Origin: Octopus sinensis
Taxonomy: Eukaryota
Assembly: GCF_006345805.1 (NCBI RefSeq)
Contig: NC_042998.1
Span: 46,810,001 to 46,874,000 of the forward strand
Direction of reading: 5' to 3'
DNA: 64,000 nucleotides
Part shown: positions 52,071 through 64,000 of the stretch, piece after piece
How the letters are laid out: every line of letters begins with the position of its first letter
How positions within the stretch are numbered: the first letter of the stretch is position 1
Made by a program: the position numbers and the translations under genes
Notes under the pieces: model-generated
What the model saw: the letters and a program-made list of their open reading frames with translations, nothing else
Databases searched by the model: none
Told to the model about the DNA's origin: nothing

Positions 52071-52134
52071 CCGAGAACTGAAGAGGCTTCGGCGGAAAAG
52101 CCGAAACTGACCGATCAGTATGAGGATATCTCGG
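52071..52134 (+). ncRNA. Hammerhead I, canonical helices II and III, disrupted proximal helix I
   Basis: CUGAAGA(52078-52084)-GGCUU..AAGCC-GAAAC-UGACCGAUCA-GUA(52118-52120); distal CCGAGA/UCUCGG pairing. Confidence 0.6.
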
Positions 52135-52295
52135 CCGCTGCTTTTGCAAGCATTTATGGCTTTTGTCAGTGTATGTTTACAACTATGTGCTTTGACTGTG
52201 GCATTAGAGCGTTTAGCTGTTATCTCTGGCAACTTGGGTGTTTCTAACACCCTCAGTTATATCTAATGACAGTTATTGTTTTCCTGCCTACTTTA

Positions 52296-52393
<98 letters not shown>

Positions 52394-52394
<1 letters not shown>

Positions 52395-53243
52395 CTTTAT
52401 ATATATATAAAACTGAGAATGTGTGTCTGTCTGTATGTCTGTGTGTTTCCCTAAAACTTGAGAACTACACACCCAATTTCATTCAAATTTTACATATGCC
52501 TTACTTAGGGTCCGGGGAGTGTCATCGGCAAAATTCTTTTTAACTTTTTGCCTAGGGCGAGCCCACAGCAATAACATATCTTCTCCACTACGATTCCCTA
52601 AAACTTGAGAACTACACAGCCAATTTCATTAAAATTTTACACATGCCTTACTTAGGGTCCATGTAGTTTCATGGGAAAAAAATGTTCAACTTCTTGCCTA
52701 GAGCGAGCCCATAGCAATATCATATCTTCTCCACTATTTCAGTATTACGTGTTAAAAGTGAAACAAAACTATTTCTCTATTTTATGTCAGATGCTTTCAC
52801 TTTAACAATAAAAATAATAATAACAATTGAATTATATGTAGTAAGTAATAATTAAAATCAAACTAAAGTATAATATAAGTAAAAATAGCAATTGGTATAA
52901 AATTGCATCAATGATTTGAACTTGAACAAGTGGTATCACATGAATGGGAATTAAATTAAAAATAAAATTAGCGTGCAGAAATGGAATAGTCCAGATGGAT
53001 AATAAAAAATTAAATTAAAGAAAAGACTATTGTCTATAAAGTATACAATGTAGAGAAAAAAGAAGAGCTAACAATTCCAGCCTGTTATATATTTTGAGTA
53101 TTGTTATCACTAGCGATATCAAGATATAACTTTGTATTTTGCATTTTATGTGTAGATGTATATATATAGATGTACATGTAATATGTACACATATATACAT
53201 GCACTAGCACTATGACCCGGCAACGACGGGTCTTTAATGCTAG
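52394..53243 (+). mobile_element. Non-autonomous Helitron with internal ~137-bp tandem repeats
   Basis: 5' A|TC, 3' hairpin ACCCGGC-AAC-GACGGGT followed by CTAG|T. Confidence 0.75.
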
Positions 53244-54539
53244 TATATATATAAATATAGGCGTGGGCGTGGCTGCGTAGAAGAAGCTTGCTTCCTAACC
53301 ACATGGTTCCGGGTTTAGTCCCACTGCGTGGCACTTTCGTCAAGCGTCTTCTACTATAGCCTCGGGCCGACCTAAGTCTTGTGAATGGATTTGGTAGGCG
53401 GAAACTGGAAGACGCTCGTCGTATATGCATACTTATATATATATATATATATTTATATAGCGGTTCATCTTTCTCTATTTTTCTTTTTGTTTTCTTTTTC
53501 TTAGATTTTCGAGAAATGCAAGATGCAACCATGAGGCATAGCTTATCCTCAGATGCTAAGATCTCCAGACTGGAAACCTATTAATGCTCACAACAGATAC
53601 GAAGGGCCAGAATTGTTTATATTTCTGTATAAGGGTTGGGGTATTTTCTTATTAGTTTCGATGCTGGTATTTCTAAGTTTCACTATGCTTGTGATTCTTT
53701 TCCTTATAAATGCTTTTTCTGATATGTTTTTTTTTCACTCTTTTTGTTTTCATCTATTCTCTTTTTGAAATCAAAATCTTTGAGGTAAGTAAACGATGCA
53801 ACGTTTATGTCTTGGCGTATTACTTTGGAGGTCTGAGTCCTAAGAACTTACGAACACAGTACAAGGAGAAAAATTTGTTTAAATTTCATTTTCTGTGTTT
53901 TTTTCTCCCTGGGTGTTCATTTACTTTCACTAGTCAGTTATAGGTGCTGAGAACATTTTTCCATTCCTCTTTAAATTCTTTGACCTAAAATTACCATTTT
54001 GCTTTGCTTTTATTTTAATTTCAATTTTCCTTTATTTTTTTTCTTTACATCTCTACTTTCCCCCTTCCAGTTTCTTTTCTTGTTACCACTTACCCTCCCC
54101 TCTCCACTGATTTCTAGCTAAAGCCCACACGGGACTGATATATTGTCATCAGCCATGTTTTGTTTACAATTGTATATCGAATTGGAATGTATTTGTAAGC
54201 ATAAGTACGTATGCTTGTGTGTGTATGCTTACGATTCTTCGAATATATATGTATGCATATGTGTGTATCTTTGCCTACACATGTCTCTGTGTGTGCTAAT
54301 GTATTTGTTTCTGTTTGAGTCTATGTCTGCGCCCGCGTGTGCGTATGTGTTTACGGATATATAATACACGAGAGTGTTTGTTTACGTATTTAACTATATT
54401 TGCATGGAAGAGGAATATACGTGTTTATGTTAGTATACATAATACTTTGTATTTATGTATGTTTATATATTTGTCTTAGTTTAGATTATTGGTTTCCATA
54501 CATGTTTGTATTTCGTTATAAGTGTGTTTGTTATGTATG

Positions 54540-54612
<73 letters not shown>

Positions 54613-55197
54613 GTATATATATATATATATATATATGGGGGGGGGCATGAGCGTATGGAAACGAATGCCTATATGCGTATGTCTGAGGAAACGTATATGT
54701 AAGTGAAGTAATATCTATGAATGAATGTATGTTTGATCTCCGTGTATTTATATGCTCGTGCATGTACGAAAATTCGAGACATGGATATCTGTGTGTGTAC
54801 TGTTGTTTGTGGAGTTCTCTGTATTTATTTCAGTTGTTTGTGTCCGAGATTTCCTTTGTGTATATTTGCGCAATTGTGTGATTGACAAAAATTAAATTTG
54901 CTTTGATTTCGTGGATGCATGTGAGTATACTCATATGTATAAGTACTTGTATATATATATATATTTATAATAAGATTAGCTCGTATACGAGTGGGTATAT
55001 ATTTGTAAAAAATGAAGTTTGAAAATGCTGCTATATTAGACAAATTTTAATTTAACATGTTTCGGTTCTTGAAATAACGAACCTTATCAAACAAATTTTT
55101 TTTATATATAATAAAGAGAGTCCATGCTCTATGTTTAAAGTGTATGATGTAATAGTTCATAATTGTGACATACATTCAATAGAGTCAAATATAAAAA

Positions 55198-55247
<50 letters not shown>

Positions 55248-55545
55248 TAAAATTATCTATGTATGTATATGTAAATATATATTTATGTGTATATGCATGT
55301 AAGGAAGCATGCATGTGTAAGTACGTTTAATTATTTAATGCAAATTGTTTTAGTATGTGCTTACGTTTCTATGTAAGAGGAAGACCGTTTAGGAATTTTT
55401 CTGTTTGTCTATATAACTGAGGGTATACAAACGCCCCCCCCCCCACACACACACACGCACACCCCCAACACACGCACACACACTCTCTCTCACACACACA
55501 TGTATGCATAAAATCTTTTGGGTAGTGTATGGAATAGTATATTGG

Positions 55546-55632
<87 letters not shown>

Positions 55633-55636
55633 CAAC

Positions 55637-55673
<37 letters not shown>

Positions 55674-55834
55674 TAATAATAATAATCGTTTCTACTGAAG
55701 GCACAAAGCCGGAAATTTGGTGGGGAGGGGACTAGTCGATTACATCGACCCCGATAGTAATTGTTTACTAATCAACCCATCATACCCGTATAATTCTAGG
55801 ATCATGAAGAACGAGGAAGAAAAAATGCAATCCC

Positions 55835-56035
55835 TAAAAATTTGAAATAGGAAGAATTTGGAGTATGAGAACGGTAAAGGCCTTGCCTATAATAATTGGT
55901 GCTTTGGGAACAGTAAGCAAAGTTATAGAGAAAGGGCTGAAGGAGACTAAAATAGAATGCCCGGTAGAGCTCCTACAGAAAGATTGTCTCTTACGGATAG
56001 CAAGAATTACCAGGAGGGTTCTAAGCACTTGAATG
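55835..56035 (+). pseudogene. R4/Dong-type RLE C-terminus
   Basis: EIGRIWSMRTVKALPIIIGALG..LLQKDCLLRIARITRRVL. Confidence 0.7.
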
Positions 56036-56139
56036 ACTGCTGAAAACTTGTGATACCGAAGGTTACGGGTAGTAACGCGCTATCGAGACAAATTCTACTA
56101 GGAATAAGACCGAACCCGTGTCAAACCATGATGATGATG

Positions 56140-56196
<57 letters not shown>

Positions 56197-56469
56197 TAAT
56201 AATAATGATGATGATGATAATGATGATGATAATAATAATAATAATAATAATGTATACTATGTATACTATGACTTTCTTTGCCCTATGAGTCGGGAAGACA
56301 CTCGGCAAGAAATGAAAGCAAATTTGAAAGAAGAAAAAAAAGTAATAATAATAATAATAATAACAACAACAGAGTTATTTTTCAGTTGTCCTGCTGGGTT
56401 TTATTAGTGTTTCAGTGTCTTTAGCTGCTGACTAGTCAGAGTAGGAAGCACACGCCCAGCCACTGTCAA

Positions 56470-56785
56470 GGCTCTAATCTGTGCTGTCCAAGAGTAAGCA
56501 CTAAGAACGAATTACATCAAATACAGAATAGACAACACATCAGAAAGTGAAAAGTGCAGAATTTGTGGACAAAATGATGAATCTGTATGGCATATAGCCA
56601 ATGTACGCCACTAGCCCAGAAAGAATATACGAGACGTCATGACAATATAGCAAGGATTGTCAATTGGACACTTTGCAACAAGTATGGACTTTACAGAGGC
56701 AAAATGGTGTACGAATATAACCAGAAGGCCTCATCGAAAGTAATAATGCGAAGATCCTATAGGATTTAATGGTTCAGTGCGACCA
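56470..56785 (+). pseudogene. R4/Dong-type CCHC fragment
   Basis: ALRTNYIKYRIDNTSESEKCRICGQNDESVWHI. Confidence 0.72.
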
Positions 56786-56796
56786 TGTATATTATG

Positions 56797-56845
<49 letters not shown>

Positions 56846-57018
56846 CATACATAATATACATGGTCGCACTGAACCATTAAATACTATAGGATCTTCGCAT
56901 TATTACTTTCGATGAGGCCTTCTGGTTATATTCGTACACCATTCGAATGTCCCGTCCGGTTTTGTATCGTCTTCTAAATGTTTTACGTTCTTGTCCCAGT
57001 TTGTATTTTTCTACATAA

Positions 57019-57062
<44 letters not shown>

Positions 57063-57241
57063 TTATTTTATGTAGAAAAATACAAACTGGGACAAGAACG
57101 TAAACATTTAGAAGACGATACAAAAAACACGGACGGGACATTCGAAGCCTTCAATCTTCAGTCAAGAACCGGATCATCGTAGCAATTCGGCTGATTAATC
57201 TTGATATATATATATTATATTATATATATAATATATATTAT

Positions 57242-57272
<31 letters not shown>

Positions 57273-57678
57273 TATACATAATATGTGTATATATGTCTAT
57301 GTGTGTGTATCTGTGTCTGTGTTTTCCCCCTTAACCACTTGCCTAAGGTTTTGGTGAGTTTCTCACCCCGTAACTTAGCGGTTTCGGCAAAAGAGACCGA
57401 TAGAATAAGTACTAGACTTAAAAGTTAAGTCCTGGATGGGAGTGCGATTTGTTCGATTAAAATCCTCCAAGGCGGTACTCAAGCATGGCCACAGTCAAAT
57501 GACCGAAAGAAAGTTATAAGAAAATTTTACCGACATTTCCGCTTCCTGTACTGATCAAACGAGGAAGAAAGTATGAATAAATTACCAACTTTTGACAAAA
57601 TGATCACACAAGCAAAACATGCATAAACACACACACACACATATCTATTTATCTATCTATCTATCTATCTACCCATTC

Positions 57679-57789
<111 letters not shown>

Positions 57790-60700
57790 ATCTATCTGTT
57801 TTTGAGACAGTCTGTCTGTCCATCTATATATGAATAAAACGTTTACTCATTCAATGTTGATACTGAAGCTCTTTGTCAGTCCGTTCAATGTTGTTACTAT
57901 ACGCGAAGAGTATTTGGCATCGGAGAAATGCGAATGTCTAAATTGTTGAGTCACTCTTAACTGAATTCCTACTCAGGAAACGGAAACCACGAGAGATATT
58001 ACATAAAACACGTAGTGCAGCAGTTTACTACATATCTTGTTCTATATAAACCATTGTAGCAAGTATGTTCTCAGTTTGCTTGTTTAAGTTTAAATAGGCC
58101 CATATTGGCTCCTACGCTGTTGCAAGTGGCTTCATGACCAAGCCCGTTCGTGTCGATTGGATGCTTTAAGTCATTCAGTCAGACTACTTGCCAGACCTGA
58201 AAAAGCGTGGTGCGTTTTGAACCACCTTACCACTATAAAGAATTTCCTCTAAGCATTCCCAGAGAGGAGAGAATGGTTAGCAGAGATCTTTGACGTCATG
58301 CTTTGTTCTTTTCCCACGCACCTCATCAAGTACAAACTGCACGAGGAACCAATGTAGTTTTTGTTAACAGTATTATTCATGTTGAACCAGTTTGCTGTAT
58401 CTTCTTATTAATGGAGAAATAAATGTGGCCGTCAGTTTTATCCTGTGTCTTCGTATTTCTTGGTGCACTTTATCATGACTCGTTTGAAACCAGAAGATTA
58501 TAATATTGCCAGGGCTGTGGCTACTTTCCCTCGTTAAGCCATAACTAAACAAACATAACGATGGGGCGTAAAGAACAAACGGATCATCATGGCGACTATT
58601 TTTACAAGCTTGTGCAAAAAAAAGAAAAAAAAGACATTATAGAGTAAAGCAACGAAGAGAAAACGAAATCAAAAGAATAATAGCTAAGAGCAAAGGCTAG
58701 AAATATTTCTATTTTAGGCGATAGGTTTTGTTGCTTATGATGAAATCGAGCTATTAAAGAAAATAAAGGCTGAGAAATCGGCCTTGACAACTGATGACAA
58801 AGAAAGATTTGCGTTTCGTTGCTGTAAATCAAGTAGTCTTGAATTCGATATCCTTTTTATTTGATTGGGAAGAGATGCATGAATAAATAGATAACAACAT
58901 TGCTGTTATATACATACACATACATACATGCATACATAATACATACATACGCATGTATGTATATATGTGTATATATATGTATATAATACGTATATATTTA
59001 TATATATATGTATATGCCTATATGTGTATATATATGTATATATATATATATATGTATATTTATATACATGTATATGCACATTTATATATATACACACACA
59101 CATATATATATACATCCATATATGCATATATATATAAATATATACAAATATACATATATATGTATGTGTATATATGTCAATCTATCCATATCTGTATATA
59201 TATATACATATATGTATGTGTATGTATTTACACACACACACATACATATTTATACTCATGTGTGACAATATATTATGCATACAGATAGATGTGTATACGC
59301 ACATACACAAATATATAAAAAATATATATATATGTTTATATGTAAAAATTTATACATATATCTATATGTGTATGTATTTATGTATGTACATACAATATTC
59401 GATTGCTGACAAGAACGAGGAAGATTACTGCCGAAAAGAAAGAAGGTGAAATGTTGAACATTTAGCCCTAAAAACTGAAATCAATATCAAGTGAAGTAAT
59501 GAAACTTGTCTTAGTCTGGAGGAGCGTTTTCATGAAGAAAGCTGAAAATGATTTAAGATAACTTTCTTATATGGATGATTGTTTGTTTTCTTTTTCTGCT
59601 TGACTGTACCACAATGAATTAAAAGCATTAAAAAAAAAGCATTTATATCTAATCGTAAAGATCAGGATTGCTTTTATTGTTGTTATGTTTTTTTTTCACA
59701 TCAAATTACAATCGTGCCAAGATATATTGTTATAATATACGACGTTTTTTATTGTAACTTAGTTTTTATCCAGACTTTTCTTTCTGTTTTTCAGTAAAAA
59801 AAAAAGAAACTGAAAGGTCTCATTACTCAGAAGTTTCAAAAGTCATGCTCTTGAACAACACCCTCCGCTCGAAACAATTAAGAAACACTAACCCGTCAAA
59901 TTCTCTACAAATACCACGCATTATTCAAAGTTTCCCAGATGCTAGGGTTGCATGAAGCAAAGCAGACACGAGTCTTAAGGAAGGTTTGTTATCATTAGAT
60001 GATGCATAAACTTCGTTCTTAGTGGTCAGTTTCAAGTCAGATGATCTGAACTACTGGGTTTCTGAATAGCGTTTCTGAATATTGACGAATAATGCCGACT
60101 ATGGAAAATTGAGCTGAAATAGATGACAGTTGTCTCTTTTGCTTTTAACTTTTGGCACAGGACCAACAATTTCGAGGGAGGGGTATGAAGATTACATCGA
60201 CGCCGATCTTCAACTGGTACTTATTTTATTGCCATGGCGAAAAGATGAAAGGCAAATTCAACCGTGGAGGAATTCAATAAAGATTCCAGAGTAACTTTAA
60301 CTACTCATTTATAATTAAATAATACGTAGCTCTGCTGAAGACAGCTGTATGAGCAATCAGTCTTTTCTTTAGGACATTGTGAGTTGCTCCAATATGTAGT
60401 TATGCAATAAAAAAGTGACAGATGCGCACTCTGGCAATTAAGGAAGAGCTTCATTGAATACAAGTAACCAACAACCAATCACAAGCAAGTACGACTTGGT
60501 AGTATGTAGCATGTTTTTGCTAATTGCTTCAAATTCCTATGTAGTCACTACCATACATTGACATCGACTCAGCCACCTCCCCATCGTCACAGCAGAACGT
60601 CTATAATGAGACAACTAGAGGAAGAACGGGTTGTGTCAGATCTCGGACTTGTACAAACTACAGGATCAACGGCAAATGAAGTACGTCGCTCAAAGTCACA

Positions 60701-61549
60701 GCTTATCACCTAACTTATGAATTGAATCCAGTATCTTGTGATCGTGAGCCGACCACTCTAACCACTAAGTCAGTATCAAGTATTCTCTAAATTATACTGG
60801 TCACTTCTCTGCTCCTGAACTCTCCACGATAGACAGTACAGGGAGGTGGATTTTGTCTTTCTCTTGAACCTGAAGGAATATATATGCTAAAGGCTCCTTC
60901 TTTCGGTGAAGCTGTCGGTTTAAAATTGCCACGTTTAAAATTTGAATGGGAATTGGGCTTAAGTACTGAAGTGGAAGCGCTGCTAAATACTAGCGAAAAT
61001 ATGTACAAAACATTTATTAAAACAGAGAGGCTGGGTTCTTCTTTATAAAATAAAACAGCGTACACGTTTGTAGCCTCTGTCCCAGTTAATCACTTTTAAC
61101 GGCTGAAACCAAAGACCTCACATGTCTGATGAGTATATGTTACTTTTCTATGACATTGCTATACAAGGCGATCCTCACTCAACTTGATTGTTTCCCAAGG
61201 AATTATACGCGATTCACACTGAACAACTTCAAGGGAAGATCCTTTGTGTGTGTAGGTGTGTATGTGTGCGTGTGTATGTGCATGTGTATGTGTTTATGTA
61301 TATGTGTATACACACACACATCATGCGATACAAACAAGAATGTGATATTTTCAATGGCTGTTGTTGACAACTTTTCCAGCCTTGTAATAATACCCAATTT
61401 TTCTGCCTTTTTAACAGTGATACTGCGTTCGAAATATCACTTTCTGTGTATCGTGCTATACACATTCGACGCTTCTAAAAAAGAAATGTAAGTTTGTCTA
61501 TATACACCTTAAAAACAAATGTAAGTTTGGCTATATACACCTGTGGTTG

Positions 61550-61587
<38 letters not shown>

Positions 61588-62436
61588 ACACACACAAACA
61601 GACACATACATTCCTTCATGTTCATGGACAATGAAATTCACACCATGTCTCGTTTCATCCGGAAAGTTTGGGATAAAATCATGGACCCTACACGACATGA
61701 TTCCTCTTTATTTTATTCGTCTGTTAAATGTAGCTATCATAGTTGTCTCTATGAGAAACCGCACATTTTGTACAGCACACCATATCCCTTAACAAGAAGA
61801 TTGACTTTTAATACTGCTGTTATCAACGCAGTTAGGTATTTACTAATTTTAAACAATTGGCTGCTAACACATTTTCGGTGTATGCACTGAAATTTTTCAG
61901 AATATTCATAGAAACTCTTACTGTCATTTACCATGAATGAAAAAGAAATTGATATCTTAAGCGACAGAATTGTTCCACGTTTAGCCATTTGTTCAACAAT
62001 ATCTAGTAGATTGTTAAACACCATCTAGCAGTCATTAAACAACAATGCCAGTACTTGTATCATTACGCGACGAAAATTGGCGAATAAGAACGTACTCTAT
62101 ACACCGTCCAATGACAATACACCTTCTTTACTTTGTGGCTACCCCGAACATAGGGCTACGGCAGCAAGAACGTTCAAGTATGTTTTAGGGTTGTTGAAAC
62201 GTTTGAATACTGCAGCTGCAAATCAGGTGCTGCATAGAAATAAATATTTCATCCTATGACATATATATATATATCTAAAATAATATGTGACAATTATTCG
62301 GTAGCCAAGATAAAACTCTCTTTTTGAGTTTTATCTTGGCTACCGAATAATTGTCACATATTTTACAGATGAATTTCCTCTATTTACATAATCTTGAGGT
62401 CTTTTTCTATCTTTTGTTATCTTACCGTTTTTACCA

Positions 62437-62470
<34 letters not shown>

Positions 62471-63014
62471 TATATATTAAACATGTCTGAAGTAAGGAAT
62501 CCGGCATACTCCAACTTACGACGTTTCGAGTTACATCTTTACCGACTTAAAGTATTTCTAAATAATTCAATGGGAAAAATAACTCCAGCTTCAATAGAAA
62601 TGTATTATTTTTCCTCAGCTTTAGAGAACATATGCAAAAGCATAAAAGTTCTGAGTTCTCCTAAAATAAATACTGACGTGGAAAATCTACTAAATACTCA
62701 TCGAAATATGTATAAACCATTTATCAAAATCTTCCTTTGTGTTACGTCGTTTTTCGAGTTAAATAGCGCATCTTTCAGCCAGGTGGTGACCTAAGTTGGG
62801 TAGATTTATAGTAAGATTTTTTCTGGTTTTGCTTTAAGGCAAATTTCTTATCACGAGTTAAGGGTTATGAAATCAATTGTAACAATCTTAGTAAATGTCA
62901 TAAAAACTTTATTGTCTTATTCTTTCATTCTTGCAACTGTCAATTCTTTTATTCATTTAATAATTTAGTTATTTTCATACTTTTATCCATTTACATCTTT
63001 AATATCTTTAGGCT

Positions 63015-63220
63015 TAAAGGCGGCGAGCTGGCAGAATCGTTAACACGTCGGGAAAAATGCTTAACAGTATTTCGTCAGCCTCTACGTCCTGAGTTCAAAT
63101 TCCGCCGAGGTTGACTTTGCCATTCATCCTTTTCGGGGTCGATTAATTAAGTACCAGTTCCACACTAGGGTCGATGTAATCGACTTAATCCGTTTGTCTG
63201 TCCTTGTTTGTCCCTTCTAT
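63015..63220 (+). mobile_element. SINE
   Basis: Full head GGCGGCGAGCTGGCAGAATCG plus core. Confidence 0.8.
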
Positions 63221-63809
63221 AAAGGAATTAATATCTTTAGGTTTTAGTGATATCGAGAGAAAATATTAGTCTTGATAGTACTGTATCAGTTCTCTTTCGA
63301 ATGGATGATTTTCCACCTATCTATCTATCTATCTATGTATGTATGTATGTATGTATGTATGTATGTATGTATGTATTGTGTGGATGCGTGTGCGTGCATG
63401 TATACACACACTCATATATATATATTTGTGTGTGTGTGTAACTCTAATGTACACTGTATTAAAATAAAAGACACTAATAATTTCTTGCTATTAAGATACA
63501 TAATTAAGAAGATTTCTGTTGAAAATCAGGACGCTGGTACATGAGAAAAACGAGAAGAAGGTTGATGCAATGAGTGGAATAAGAAGACAAAGCGTGAATA
63601 AAAGCGAAAAAAGAAAGGGAAAGGAAGAAAAATTAGAGTTACGTCCCCTTTGATTGTAGAAGTCATAATCAAACTAGTTGTTATAGAATACTTCATCGGA
63701 GAGGTATCCAAACTCAGTGAGATAACTGCTCAATCTGGAGAAGGTGGTGTTCTCCAGTTCGCGAAAAGAACTGGAATTAAGTAGTGTGGTGGAATTCTTG
63801 GATCTTATT

Positions 63810-64000
63810 TCTTTACTGCCCACAAGGGGCTACACACAGAGGGGGTAAAAAAGGACTGACAAACGGATTAAGTCGATTAGATCGACCCCAGTGCGTAACT
63901 GGTACTTAATTTATCGACCCCGAAAGGATGTAAGGCAAAGTCGACCTCGGCGGAATTTGAACTCAGAACGCAGCGGCAGACGAAATACCGCTAAGTATTT
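63810..64000 (-). mobile_element. SINE (runs off the window)
   Basis: Reverse-complement core. Confidence 0.8.

Noticed and set aside
60787-61030. Possible terminal host exon (..KPTASPKEGAFSIYIPSG..)
   Set aside because: No recognisable domain or partner exons; splice signals alone are weak evidence.
63644-63775. Exon-like minus-strand segment bounded by AG/GT
   Set aside because: Stop codons in all three frames.

Overview
AT-rich, microsatellite-saturated metazoan genomic DNA, most likely a coleoid cephalopod (Octopus-like), judged from the tRNA-derived SINE families. I find no supportable host protein-coding exon; most listed ORFs are microsatellite translations. The window holds many SINEs, fragments of R4/Dong-type (RLE) and RTE LINEs, a non-autonomous Helitron, a Helentron-like element and several MITEs. 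The main unexplained signal is a dense set of type I hammerhead ribozymes (HHRs), found by eye. At least 8 distinct ones have a canonical CUGANGA...GAAA...NUH core and helices that differ in sequence but still pair, and several more are decayed. They sit in ~300-600 bp retrozyme-like units next to (TA)n tracts. Five have an unusually long rod-like helix II of 43-68 nt. Two diverged families share a 483-nt unit. Several units are inserted as head-to-head inverted pairs or as more than one circularly permuted monomer, consistent with a circular-RNA template. One retrozyme (16.7-18.9 kb) carries a 1.66-kb cassette encoding an L1/Tx1-like ORF1 (RRM-like plus CCHC knuckle) with no RT. A decayed homologue of that ORF lies at 10.2-11.0 kb and a possible second one at 8.5-9.1 kb. 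Ribozyme activity, circularisation and mobilisation are inferences that were not tested.
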